64,000 bases of DNA from Chara braunii. Taxonomy: Eukaryota; Plantae; Charophyceae. A program made the translations under genes and the position numbers. The notes beneath the pieces were generated by a model that was not told where the DNA came from, did not search any database, and saw only the letters and a program-made list of their open reading frames with translations. Below, piece after piece: positions 25,140 to 37,171 of the stretch (position 1 is the first letter of the stretch; each line of letters opens with the position of its first letter). The DNA lies in the NCBI GenBank assembly GCA_003427395.1, contig BFEA01000035.1, positions 3,805,139 through 3,869,138 on the forward strand. The letters are read 5' to 3'.

Positions 25140-28100
25140 ATCCCTTTTTCTTTCTCCTTAACAAACAGTCCCTCCAGTGCTAGTGATGTTGTTGTGAGCA
25201 TACATTGCTATCCCTTGGGGAGAGGCTCCATCTACTTGTGGGGAGCAGCACCTGCTGGAAAACGGGTCCAGCGTCTCTTATGAAGTAAGATACAATATGA
25301 TACATAGACGAGTAACATGACGGTGTCTGAAAGGTGTCTGCCAGCATTGATTTCTCTGGAGTCCAGAGGATTGAGTGAGCATGTGTGAGTATGACCCGAC
25401 CAAAAGCAGGTGGTGCCCGTCTCCTTCTTCAACCCCTTGTCTGGTCAGGGTTCCGGGAGGAGCCATTGGGGGGCACCAATAAGACCTTCTTCCGTCACCT
25501 TGCCCATCCCCTAAAAAGTCCCCTTGCTTCGATACTGCCCTCTGTCGGGCGTACCCAGCTGCCACCCGCCCCCACGCTGTCAGTATGCTTGTTACAAACC
25601 AGAGTAAGACAGAGATTGGAAGCTTTTGCAGACTAAAGCAAAATATAACAGCAGATTGGGTTCTGAGAATCCGTGGGTTGCACTGGGCAGGGGTTTACAG
25701 ACGTATTTCTAGAGACCTTGTGGGGGGGGGGAACGAGTCTGGAAACTCCTCTGCAGGTCTCATGGTGATGCTCGAGTCTATCGAGCCACTCCTTGAACCT
25801 CAGGTGGTAGTCCCTTGGGACTTCCTCTCCTTGGCTGCCATCCCTTCCCTCCTCTCCTTCCCAATCCCCTGTCCAGCACACTTCCGCTACCCATCCCTCC
25901 CGGTCCCCGCCCAACCATTCCCTAGAAAACTGTAATAATTGTTCCCGAATGTCTTTGGATCTATGTAAATGATCAAGTGATTACTTAGTTGACTTCCACC
26001 TATGGGAGAGCTCCAGTAGGAAGTGCATTTTGAATTGCTTAACCCTCTCTTCTCCCTCTACCTGGACCTGGTCTAAAGTTAGGACACACCGTTGCCACCA
26101 CAAGACCCACAGGATCGTTCTTAGGGACAGATGAAACATGTTCGACACAAGGTGTTGTCTTGGAAGGCTGGGCAGTGGCCCATTAGGATGGTCCGCCAAT
26201 CCCACGGCCATGGGAAACCCAACAGGCATCGGGAGCACCAAGGGAGCGCACGGCCTTATTGTTCCAACCGCGAGTGATCAATCAACCAGTCATTTGTAGG
26301 TAAGCACCGATGCAAGATCTGCCACTGTAAGGATGTAATTTTCGCAGGTTTGCACTTGGTGTCACAGAACCCTCGTATCGGTGTGAGAAAATGTCTCTCC
26401 ACGTTGAGGTGTTTCTGCCATCTGTCGATCACCGTGTCTTTTAGGCATCGCTTGGCTCTGAGCATTATGTACGTCGCTTTCACCGAGAGACCCGACAACG
26501 TCTTAGGTTTTGGTTGTCATGGGTTATGCCGTGTGTCAGGGTTCCAGACCCACTCCAACGTATCTATTGGGAGATCTTTTGTGAGTATCTCAGGGAGAAC
26601 GGTCCGTCGGTTGTCTCCTTCCTCGATTACCCTGATTCTGGATGTTCCTCTTTCAAAGTCCATTGGAAGGGGTCCCGTCTCCCTTCCAGTCCTCCATTTC
26701 CTTTTATACTGTACCACTCGATCAACACGTTGTCCGGTCGAACTAGATGAACCAGGCCTACCTTATTGACCCTCCCTTCCTTGGACACCCAATCTCCCTC
26801 CTTGAGCACCGAACCTCTGCGACCCTATCGGGGGAGCCTCTGTTATTTCTTCAAGTGTTGACTCAACATTGTGGCAGTATCTCAATTCCTCCCTCATCTT
26901 CTGTGGACCCTTCCAGTCCTTCCTCTCCCTGTCCAAAAGGTCACCCACTCGGATCACACCATTCTTCACCCATCATTTCCATGGGACGTTAGTACTGCAA
27001 AAAATATGACTCCGATCCAACGGTTTCCAAAGAGGGTTTCTCTTGCCACCTCCTCCCACCTGTCTGGGGGTGGGCGATTCGGGGGGGGGAGCCTTCTCCA
27101 GATTTTTAACAAACGGGCTCAGAAATCATCTCTTCGTCCCTCCCCTCCCCGGGGGCGTCGTGACACTCTCCAATAGCGATCGTCTAACCATTGGAGAGGG
27201 TGAACGGACTGAGGGGCCTCGGGGGCCAGACGGGCGATTTGTTCCAGTGCCAACAGCCTCCAGAGTTCATAGTAACTTCATACGATTGGGTTCTCGAAAA
27301 TCAATCGTATCACCTATTGTAAACTAAGGGCTTGGGATTGAGTGAGGAGGTCTAGAATACCGAGGTCTCCTTTTGCCTTGGGTTGGATAACTGAGTCCCA
27401 TGCCACCCGACTGATAGCGTGGGGGTTTTCACTATCCTCTCTCCATAGGTAAGCTGCCACCTTCCTCTTCCCGATCTTCAAGGCCCTTGGGCTCAATGAC
27501 CAATGTACCGATTTGTACCAAAGGGTGGCAAAGACTACATTGTTGATCACCAAAGCACGTTCGAAAAGTGATGTGCGCTGATGGTTCCATTGAGAGAGTT
27601 TGGCAAACGCCGGGGTTGATATCGAACCGTAATTTTCAGGGGATTGACCTAACACTATCATCTTCACCCCCAAAATCCGGATTGGGGATTAAGGGGTCAC
27701 CCAGGTGATGTGGTGTCGTTCCGGGGGACGGCCTCCTTGTTGGTGGAGCCAACATCCTATCATTTTTTTTACGCCTGTTGACGGTCATATCTGAGAGGGT
27801 GTAGAAAAGGTTCATCAACCTATATATCACCTCCATGTTCTGTTGTGTGGCGTCGGCCATAATTGTGAAATCATCTGCGAATAGCAAACAGACCGGAACA
27901 ACTTCCTTAGGGATGTCGACTATCTGAATTCTCTTTAAATCTTTGCTCTGTCGGAGGTTGGTTGCTAACGCTTTCATTATGATAATGAATAAGAAGGGGG
28001 CAATAGGCTGCCCTTGTCTAACTGAACGTTGCAGTCTTATCGACGGGGCCATATAACCGTTTGTCTGAACGCTCATGGTTGCATTGTAGTGCAGAATACG

Positions 28101-31100
28101 CACCCACCTCCGAAAGTTGTTGCCAAAATTCAGTATTTCCAAGCACTTCAAGTTATCGAGGAATGTCCAGTCTACGTGGTCATAAATTTTTTCGAAGTCG
28201 ATGAAGATGAGCGCGATGTTACTTTTGGACTGATGGGCCAAGCTAATCATCTCATTAACTAGGAGTATATTTTCTTGGATGTTCCTATTATGCATGAAAC
28301 CAGTCTGGCCGGATGGATGATGTTTTCCATTACCTCACTCATTCGGTTGGCCAACACTTTTGACATCATTTTGTAAACCACCGTCAGGAGTGTGATGAGT
28401 CGGTAGTTTCAGATGTTCATTTTGTCCCTTTTTTTAGGAAGTAACGATAACACACCTTGCCCTACTACTTCCCCCAACTCTCCGGAATCCCAAACCGCCC
28501 TATATAATTCTATCAGGTCTTCATTTACGAGAGGCCACATGGCCTCCCAAAATTCATTGGGGAAGTCGTCTAAGCCTGGGGTTTTCTCTTCCTCCATTTG
28601 CGTGAGTGCTGCCCAAATTTCCTCTTTGGTGACCTAGCGGTTCAAATGTTCTTTTCTGTATCGAGGAGAGGCAGCTCTCCATCGGGCGTAGAAAATCCTC
28701 CAACTCTCTTAGTCGGTCTACCTCTTGCTGTTGGGGGATGTGGGAGGAAAAAAGGTCTTTGCAAAAGGATCTAGCGATCCTTACGCAATGAGCTGTGGTG
28801 GTAGCTAATTCGTCGGTCACAGGGTCCAAAAAGGCCTCGATAGTGGTGCGGTGTGGTCTCCGAGAAGCCAGGCTGAAAATTTGAGAGTCCATGGTACCCT
28901 CGGTAGTCCATTTCGCTAGTTTGCCTCGAATCCTAATTCCTTGTCATCTGTGTTATGCTAGTTGTAGAAGCTGGTCGTGCAAATTCTAAATGTCTGGGAT
29001 GTGATCATTAGAGTTGTCCTCGTTAACCAGGTTGTGAAGTCTTATGTGAACATCCATTTCGTGTGCATGTCGTCTGCTTGCCAACAACTTCGAATATTCT
29101 TTACATTTCCTGACTATGAAGAAGAGTCCGTTGGTGAACCATTGGACTTTCGAGTCGAAGGAGTGTTTCTGGTCTCTCCAAAAGTTCCAAACATCACAGA
29201 TATATGTGTGGAACGATCTGTCCTTCAGCAGGGATGTATTGAGTTTGTAGTATCCAAGCCCTTCATCCGGCCGTTTGTGGAAGGAGAAGATGGCTCCGCA
29301 TAAGCGGTGGTCTAGGCCAGGGTGGGGACTTTATGGGAAGATAGTAGCTAGTTGCAGGGCATTCTGAATCTCCTGCGAGAGTAAGATCAAGTCAATACGT
29401 GATTTTGAGTGTCTAGCCTAGTCATTGGTGCAATGGCACGTATAGGTTTTTTCTATCGGGTGCAAGTGTCTGTTCATGTCCACCAGGCCCAGAACTTCAC
29501 AAAGATCTGCCAATATTCTTTCATCGTCTTCTACATAGCTTGGGCAGGGGTCTCAAGAGCCCCATCTGTCCATCCATCCATCAGGCACTGCGTGAAAATC
29601 ACCGGCAATAACGAGCGTGACTCCTTGTGGAGCGAGAGTTTGAAGGTGGGTGAAAAAATGTGCCCTTTCTGTGGCTGCATTAGGGGCGCATATGAAAAAA
29701 ATGCTAATTAATTATATCTCCAGCATCCCGAGGATCGATACCCACCTTCCCTGTTCCTCGTCTGCTGCCCAATTTACCACCTCTAACCGGGACCCTTGTG
29801 GGATCCAGATGGCCACCCTGTCGACCCTGGTGATATCGCGTGCGCCCTGTAGGCCTGATAAGGACGAACTGTTTTATGGGCCCAATGGTGTCCTGGTTTA
29901 TCCATTAGATGGGTTTCCTGTACACAGATGACGTCGGGCCATGTCTTGCCGCCCACAGCCTTCAACTGGTCCCAGATCAAGCAATGCTTCCAGTGCGGGT
30001 TCTTGCAGTACAATGTGTCAATTTCGTCCATTAGTATTGTCCTGTCCGCTCCCACTCCAAATCTAGACTTTTGTCAATGGCTTGGCGGACCAATCTATTA
30101 TACATAGCAGCCCGTTATGGACAACCCTCGATAAGCACGTGCATAGATCCTCCTTCGTCTAATATGGGTTGACTTTCACTTGTTGGAGGGGGAGCTTCAT
30201 CAGGGCTCCGTGACTGAACCACTTACAAATTGGAGTCCTTATCCTCATCGAAAAAAACATACAGATCTGTGGTAGCTACCCTCATCCATCCGTCAAATTG
30301 GGGGAGGGTTGCTAGGACTCTGGGCGGGTAGTGTTGGCGCAGAAAAGGATCCGCCCTTTTTTTTAAATCGCAATCTCTCAGGTCGGGGAGGGACCAGATG
30401 TTGTAAATAGCCCCACCCTGGCAGTGTGAACCCCCCTTGCAGTGGAGAGAGCCCAATCTCCATCCTATCGTCCGCATATCTCAGAGGTATGACTGCCACC
30501 CCTTCTTTCTGCAACAGGTTTTTTTCGTATTGACCTGCTTCCACCATATGTCTAAGTTTTTTGTGGCGTGGTTGATCACAGTGGTGATCGGCCAGGACCA
30601 TTGATCGGTTCTCCCCAGGATCTTCCGGGGGTGGTAAGGGTTGCACTGGGGGGTGAAATTGTTGGGTTGTGAGGGGGCGAATCCGCTGAAAGATCTCGGA
30701 CCAAGTGATGTGCGGGGGGCGGTCGACTTCTAGGGCTTTTGCGGGGTCGGACTCTTGTCTAATATGGCAAACAGTTGGGCGTAGGAGCAGTCCCAGAAGT
30801 CCTGTGCCACGCCCGGGTGCTGAGCTCGGAAGCCCTCTATCATCCAATCAACAACAATTCTAAGTTTTTGTTTCGTGTCGATATCTGTCGGTGGTGCACC
30901 TGTGTCCTCTGCCGGTCAATATCCATCGCAGCCACGTCTGGGGGGGGGGGGAAGGGGGACTGGAGGTTCCTTGATCTCCATGGGCTGCGGGCCAAAGGCC
31001 CCTTCGAGGTAATCCTCTGTGGCGGGCTCCGTCTAGGCCGCTTGCTTCTCTTCTTCAAGGATGGTTGTCTATTGTTCTTTGTTCCCCCTAGATCCCATCA

Positions 31101-32240
31101 CCTTTCCTACTATGTTCGTGGCCTCCTCCTCCCTCTCCCCTTGCAGGACCGCGGTCTGCTGGCTGCCTTCGCTTGGCTGTTTGCCGGAAGGCTTGGCTGG
31201 TAGGTGGATCTGTGCAGCTTGCAGCCCCTTTGTCGGTGCCTGGAAATGTGCTGCAGAGATTTTGAAAAGCCTTTGGAGCACCCCATCCCATTGTATATGG
31301 CTCGGAAGGCACTGTTCCAAAATGCACCTCGCCTTTATATTGTCCTCGAGGGCTCCCCTTAACTGAGTGTGTGCCTGGGGCCAGAACTCCATCGGGGTCT
31401 CTGCATAGAGAGACTGTAGACATGTCATGATCTAGTCTGTGATTTGCAGGTTCGAGGGGTTGGGGTTTTGTACGAGTTCGAGGTCTGTCGGGTTGTCCCT
31501 TCCTTCTACACACCGCTCCAGCACGTCACCGTAGGGGTCCCTCATGCCCGCGTTTGACTGTTGGTGGTTGGAGGATTGCATGCCAGTTTCTTTTTGGTTT
31601 TGTTTGGTTCGTTGAGCCTGCTGTCTTTCCTGAGTCACTACTTCTCCTCCATCTGGCCCACCTGATTCCGTGGCCAGCACGACGAATCTGTTGCTTCCCA
31701 CTTCCTCTTCCTTACCCTTTTTCTTTGATTCGGGGTAATGGACCACCTCGTTGCCCCTTTCATGGAGTTTTTGGCTGCAGTTGACTCCCCCGCTCCATCA
31801 GGCATCCCTACAATGTTTATTTGCGAACTCATGTTTTCGGTGGTGTCCCGCCGTGTTTTGCATGATCGAGTATGTTTAGTCTCAAACTCGAACCTCATGC
31901 TTATCAGTGACATGTGTTAACCTACGGAGCTACAACCTCCAATTGTTTGAACGTGTGCTACGCTGAGCTCGAGTAAGGGACACGTGTGCAAGCATCGAGA
32001 CAACCCCATGGACCAAGAACATCAGGCAACCCCTTGACAATGTAGTCTGAATTTGACATACAACAAAGCCCTTGGGTAGTGGGCAAACAGTGCTTGCCAT
32101 ATCCTTACCTCAGTTACATGTGTCAGCCCAAGGGAGTGTGCAAATGGTCGTGCGTAATGTGTAATAATGTGGGAAAAGACAGAGATACCTACAATATATG
32201 AGGGTATTCGAGTAACAAAAGATGGGCAGACCCTCGACGA
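25140..32240 (-). mobile_element. Near full-length decayed L1/Tx1-clade LINE (LINE-B)
   Basis: Minus strand: ORF1-like region at about 32200-30100; EN DVICVQETH (about 29920) and SRIDLILLS; RT KTPGLDD, IDFEKIYDHVDW, RSVRQGQPIAPFL, FADD; KGDLGILD; ITSLQWQILHRCLPTND; conserved 3' motif at about 25176-25380. Confidence 0.88.
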
Positions 32241-32249
32241 CAAAAAAAC

Positions 32250-32820
32250 TGTTGATCAATTAAATCAATAGAATGGCAGGTCAGAGAGCACATTCACTTT
32301 GCTATGGGAAGAAGCTTTGAGCATCAGTGAGTCTACATTTTGAAGTTGTGATATGTAGCCTTAATTTGGACCATACCTAATCATACCATTACGGGATTAA
32401 ATCGCAAACCCAAAGCCTATATTATGGTTTGTGGACCCTTACAAAAAGAAAATACATACAGAAACATATACAGAAGATAGTCTGACATTATGTCATTAGG
32501 AAATCATCCAAGGAAGGCTTAGGAGTAATCGACCCAAGACAGGGAACAAAAGCCCTTCAGGTTACCTTAGAATTTGACTTTAGACAACACAAAATCCGTG
32601 ATCCCTACGGAGAATGCGGCCAACATGTCTGACCGATTTAAGGTAATGAATAAAGAGTGTAGTGCAAAGACAAGTCGTAAAGATACTGAAGAAATGTTAC
32701 TCCCAATGAAGCTGGAATTCCCCTTCCGTACAAGACAGCTGGAAAAACCTTTTGAAAAGAAAATTTACATGCAAACCAGGAAGGTGGGAAATCATCAGTG
32801 GTTTCGTGAACTTTTTTCTT
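32250..32820 (+). pseudogene. LINE ORF2 post-RT fragment
   Basis: ...KSSKEGLGVIDP... (GGLG-x2-D motif), as in the other LINE copies. Confidence 0.45.
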
Positions 32821-33780
32821 ATGTGTAGGTGCTTTATATGACCAACATAAAACTCAACTTGCCAAATATTATGGAGGTTTAGTTAGTAAAATATTTGTAG
32901 TGCTTCTAGAGGATGAGTCTACACGATGCCACGTGCAGATATGGAGCTAAAAATGCAGCTTATTGAACTCATGCAGAAAGGCTAGGTCGAGCCTAGCAAC
33001 TGTCCATGTGGTGCTCCAGTTCCATTTATTCCAAAAAAATATGGATAAGTACAAATGTGGATTGCCTACCAAAGTTTGAATAATATTACAATCATGAACA
33101 TTGAGCCACTGCCTCAAATTCACGATTTGTTGGATAGAGAGTAAGGCTATAGAGCGTCTTCAAAGATTGATTTGAACAGTGGCTACCACCTATGAGAATG
33201 TTTAAGTGCGCTTAAGCGCGCACTCAACCCCCCCGCCCCCCTCAAACACGCTTAAAACCATTTTCATGGCGCACGCTCGTCAAAAAAAGAGTATTCGTGC
33301 CTGGTGGGGATGCACGCGTGCAGGGGATGCCATGGGGGGGTGCACGAAAAAAAGGAATAAGGGGTGGGGGNNNNNNNNNNNNNNNNNNNNNNNNNNNNNN
33401 NNNNNNNNNNNNNNNNNNNNNNNNNNNNNNNNNNNNNNNNNNNNNNNNNNNNNNNNNNNNNNNNNNNNNNNNNNNNNNNNNNNNNNNNNNNNNNNNNNNN
33501 NNNNNNNNNNNNNNNNNNNNNNNNNNNNNNNNNNNNNNNNNNNNNNNNNNNNNNNNNNNNNNNNNNNNNNNNNNNNNNNNNNNNNNNNNNNNNNNNNNNN
33601 NNNNNNNNNNNNNNNNNNNNNNNNNNNNNNNNNNNNNNNNNNNNNNNNNNNNNNNNNNNNNNNNNNNNNNNNNNNNNNNNNNNNNNNNNNNNNNNNNNNN
33701 NGTGTGCGTATGTGTGTGTGTGTGTGTGTGTGCATGTGCGTGCGTGTGCGTGTGCGTGTGCGTGTGCATGTGTGTGTGAG

Positions 33781-34128
33781 CTGCCATTTCGTCAAAATGG
33801 ACATGTTCTATTTTTTGAACGATATTGAAACTGAGTTTTTACAACTTTTTTTGCCGAAAACTCGTCTACATTTGTTGCTCTTGACGATCCAGCATTTTTA
33901 AAACGCTGGACCCCGATCTAGCTTGAGACCAGATACATCCAGCCAGTCCCAACTGGATGTATCTGGTCTCAAGCTTAGTCCTGATACATCCAGGCATTCT
34001 AACATGTTAAAAATGCCTGATCCTTAGGAGCAGCAAAATTTAGACGAGTTTTTGGCCAAAGAAGTTGAAAAAACTCAGTTTCAATTTCCTTCAAAAAATA
34101 AAAAATGTTCATTTTGACAAAATGGTAG
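33781..34128. repeat. Foldback (long inverted repeat) of about 350 bp flanked by (TG)n tracts
   Basis: The arms CTGCCATTTCGTCAAAATGGACAT... and ...ATGTTCATTTTGACAAAATGGTAG pair along their length. Central perfect 23-bp stem 33920-33942 with 33953-33975 and a 10-nt loop. Confidence 0.88.
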
Positions 34129-34471
34129 TTTGTGTGTGTGTGTTTGTGGGGGGAGGTGTCTATGTATGTGTTTTTTTATTTTTGGTTTTTATATTTTTGT
34201 TTTTTTTTAAATAAATATAAACTTAAAAAAATAATAATAATAAATGGGCTTGTAGATCTCCAGAAGATTTACAAGCCTGTAGTTTTATTTTTATTTTTTT
34301 TAACCTGCGAAAAAATCTTTGTGAAAAAGAAAGAAAAACCTACCGATTTCATCTTTTGTTTTTCTTTTTTTTCTTTCCTTTTATGTTTTTGATTTTTTTT
34401 TAAATATAAAAAACTTAAAAAATAAAATAAAAAATAGGGTTGTAGATCCTAAAAAAATCTTCAACCCTATA

Positions 34472-34797
34472 TGCTGCGTAGCACGACGAACGTGTTCACG
34501 CACCTCGAACAGGTCGCGAACATGTTCGGGCAAATGTGATTTTTTTCCGTAAAATATATATGTATATTTGACGATATATATATATATTTGTCGGTTTTTT
34601 AGTTTTAACTCATGATTAACTACGAATTTGAACTTGACACCAAGGCAATCGTTGCTTGTATTAATATTTTACATAACATATATTGTTTTAAGATTTTTTT
34701 GATTAAAAAAAATATATATTTTTTATGTTCGCATTCGGAGGGTTTTGGGCGCTTGTTCGCATTCGCTTCCGAACGGGAAACACGGTGCTACGCAGCC
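34472..34797. mobile_element. Small MITE nested in the 33190-34959 element
   Basis: 12-bp perfect TIR GCTGCGTAGCAC (34473-34484) and GTGCTACGCAGC (34785-34796). Flanked by TATA on both sides. Repeated CGAAC/GTTCG subterminal motifs. Confidence 0.7.
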
Positions 34798-36512
34798 TAT
34801 AAGTTTTATTTTCATTTTTGAATTTTTCTTAATAAATTTAAACAAAAAAAGAAATGCGCGCCCGCTTAAACCCCGCTCGAGGCGCTTCGAGAGCGGAATT
34901 GAGTGGTGCTAAAAAAGTTGAGTGTCGACTGCGAGCTCAATCAGCGTGCGGTTTCACAGGCTACTACAATATTGAGGTGGAGCCAATAGACCAACTCAAG
35001 ATAACGAGTAGGACAATGTTTGGACTTTATAAGTTCAACGCAATGTCGTTTGGTCCCACAAATGGATCGACAACCTTCCATCTGTAATAGTACTTCAACC
35101 GTATTTACTTTGATGACATCCTTATGTTCAACAAATCATACGAGGAACATGAGGAATATTTGAGGCCGATATCCGAAAAGTTAAGGGAAAACAAATACAA
35201 GATTAGTGAGAAAAAGAGTGAGTTTGGAAAGCAACAGACGCTTCTCTCCTTTGGACATATTATTGTTGCAAACAGGATGTGGTTTGAGGCCACGAAAGTG
35301 GAAGCAATTGCAAACTTGTCAAGACCTAGAACAACTATGGACATGTGGTCATTAATGGTGATGGTGACGTATTATAAAAACTATTAAAAACTTCATTGAT
35401 GATGAGTTATTCTAAAAGGCTCATTGAAGGATGCTCTATCATTGACACGCCACTCAAGAATTTGGCCAGAAAAAATGATTCCTTGTTATGGATTGAGGAA
35501 TGTTAGGAGGTTTTTCAAACTCTTAAGAATTGTCTCAGTAACTATACTATCTTGAAGATTCTCAACCCCGTGTTGTCATTTGTGTTGGTAATAAATGTTT
35601 GTGTGTACCAGGATGACAGGCGTGAATTTAAGCTAGTTGAGTACCTCTCCAAGTGTCAAAGAGATTTGTCGTAGTACCTAAGAAAGGAAACTTTTGCGCT
35701 TTACCACGCTCTTTAAACATGGAGGCACGATTTGTTGGGCATATCTTTTGTGGTGTATTCTGATCATCAGACTCTGCAATGGTTGAAGATGTAGCCCAAG
35801 TTTTCAGAGAAGCTTTCGAGGTGGTCGGTTGGCATAGACAATTATGACTTTGAATTGAAGCAAAAGAAAGGCATGTACGATCGAGCGGTTGATCTCAATC
35901 AAGTGTGCAAGTGAGATAACGAGTGGAAACACTTGAAATTTTGAAAATTTGTACCACAATGCTAACATCACCAAGTACTGGTTTAGAGCATTCAACCTAC
36001 AAGTTTTTCAAACTCTTAACAATCGCCTCATTAACTATATTGTTCTGAAGATTGTCAAACCCACATTTCTGTTTGTGTTGGTAACAAATATCAGTCAACA
36101 TGGGATCAGGGCAGTGCTGCGGAAGGATGGTGGGCATGAGTTAAAACCACCGGTACTTCCTAAAGTCGTGTCCGTTAACAAACCACAATTTTAGGAAACA
36201 TATGGGTCACTACAGGAGCGCCCAAATTCATCCGATTAGAAACATGTCTACTTTATTTTTTCCCTGCAGCTGGTAGTTGGGCTACATCTCCAAGCATCAA
36301 AGAGAATTGCCGCTAGTACCAATGAGAGCGCGCTCCCTGCACTTTACTATGCTGTTTGGATGTGGAGGCACTATTTTTGAGGCAGATCCTTTGAGTTGTA
36401 TTCTGATCACTAAACACTGCAATGGTTGAAGATGCAGTCCAAGCTTTTGGATAAACTTGTGAGGTGGTCACTTGTTATAGACAATTGTGACTTCGAGTTG
36501 AAGTATAAGAAA

Positions 36513-36920
36513 GGCATGTACAATCGGGTAGCTGATCTCAATCAAGCGTGTAAGTGAGATAATGAGTAGAAGTGCTTGAGATTTTGAAAATTTGTAACAC
36601 TACCAAGTGCTGGGTTAGAGCGTCCGACCTGTGGAAACATCTATTCCACCCCCCATTCCCTGAACACCTCATCCAAGTCCTGTGGACTTACACCCCCTAT
36701 CACTTTGGCAAACCGGGGCATGTACAATCGAGTGGCTGACCTCAATCAACTATGTAAGTGAGATAATGAGTGAAAGTGCTTGAGATTTTGAAAATTTGTA
36801 ACACTAACAAGGGCTGGGTTAGAGCATCCGACCTGCAGAAACATTTATTCCATCCCTCATTCCCTGAATACCCCATCCAATTCCTATGGACTTGCACCCC
36901 CTCTCACTTTGGCAAGCCGG
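36513..36920. repeat. 204-bp tandem duplication, with a partial third copy at about 35870-36000
   Basis: GGCATGTACAATCG...CACTTTGGCAA.CCGG at 36513 and 36717; GGCATGTACGATCG at about 35870. Confidence 0.85.
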
Positions 36921-37171
36921 AGAGTGTTTAGTTCGGAATGATGCACAAGGTGTCTCTTTGGATCATATGGACGGGAAGATGCAATGCAACTGTGGACAAC
37001 TCCAACAATCCACGTGACAGAGTTTGGGCTTCCACAAATGCACAAATAACGGCAAAAATTCTATCCGAATGACCAAAAGTCAGGCTCGCAATAGAAAGCA
37101 ATCCAGACATACACAAGGGGATTTTAACCGAGTTCAAGAGAGTCTGACTGGCAAGAGGCAAGGTAGCCGAT

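Larger units (their letters stand above)
33190..34959. mobile_element. Non-autonomous DNA element with 8-bp TSD inserted in the Gypsy RT (spans an N gap)
   Basis: TSD GCTACCAC (33182-33189) and GCTACTAC (34960-34967). Termini CTATGAGA and TTTCACAG are imperfectly inverted. Removal restores SGYHNIEV. Confidence 0.75.
32880..36560 (+). pseudogene. Decayed Ty3/Gypsy pol fragment (RT-RNase H) with a duplicated RNase H segment
   Basis: PCGAPVPFIPKK, PLPQIHDLLD, KIDLNSGYH|NIEV, GLYKFNAMSFG, YFDD. The RNase H segment WRHxL.G.SF.VYSDH occurs twice (about 35720 and about 36360). Confidence 0.85.
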
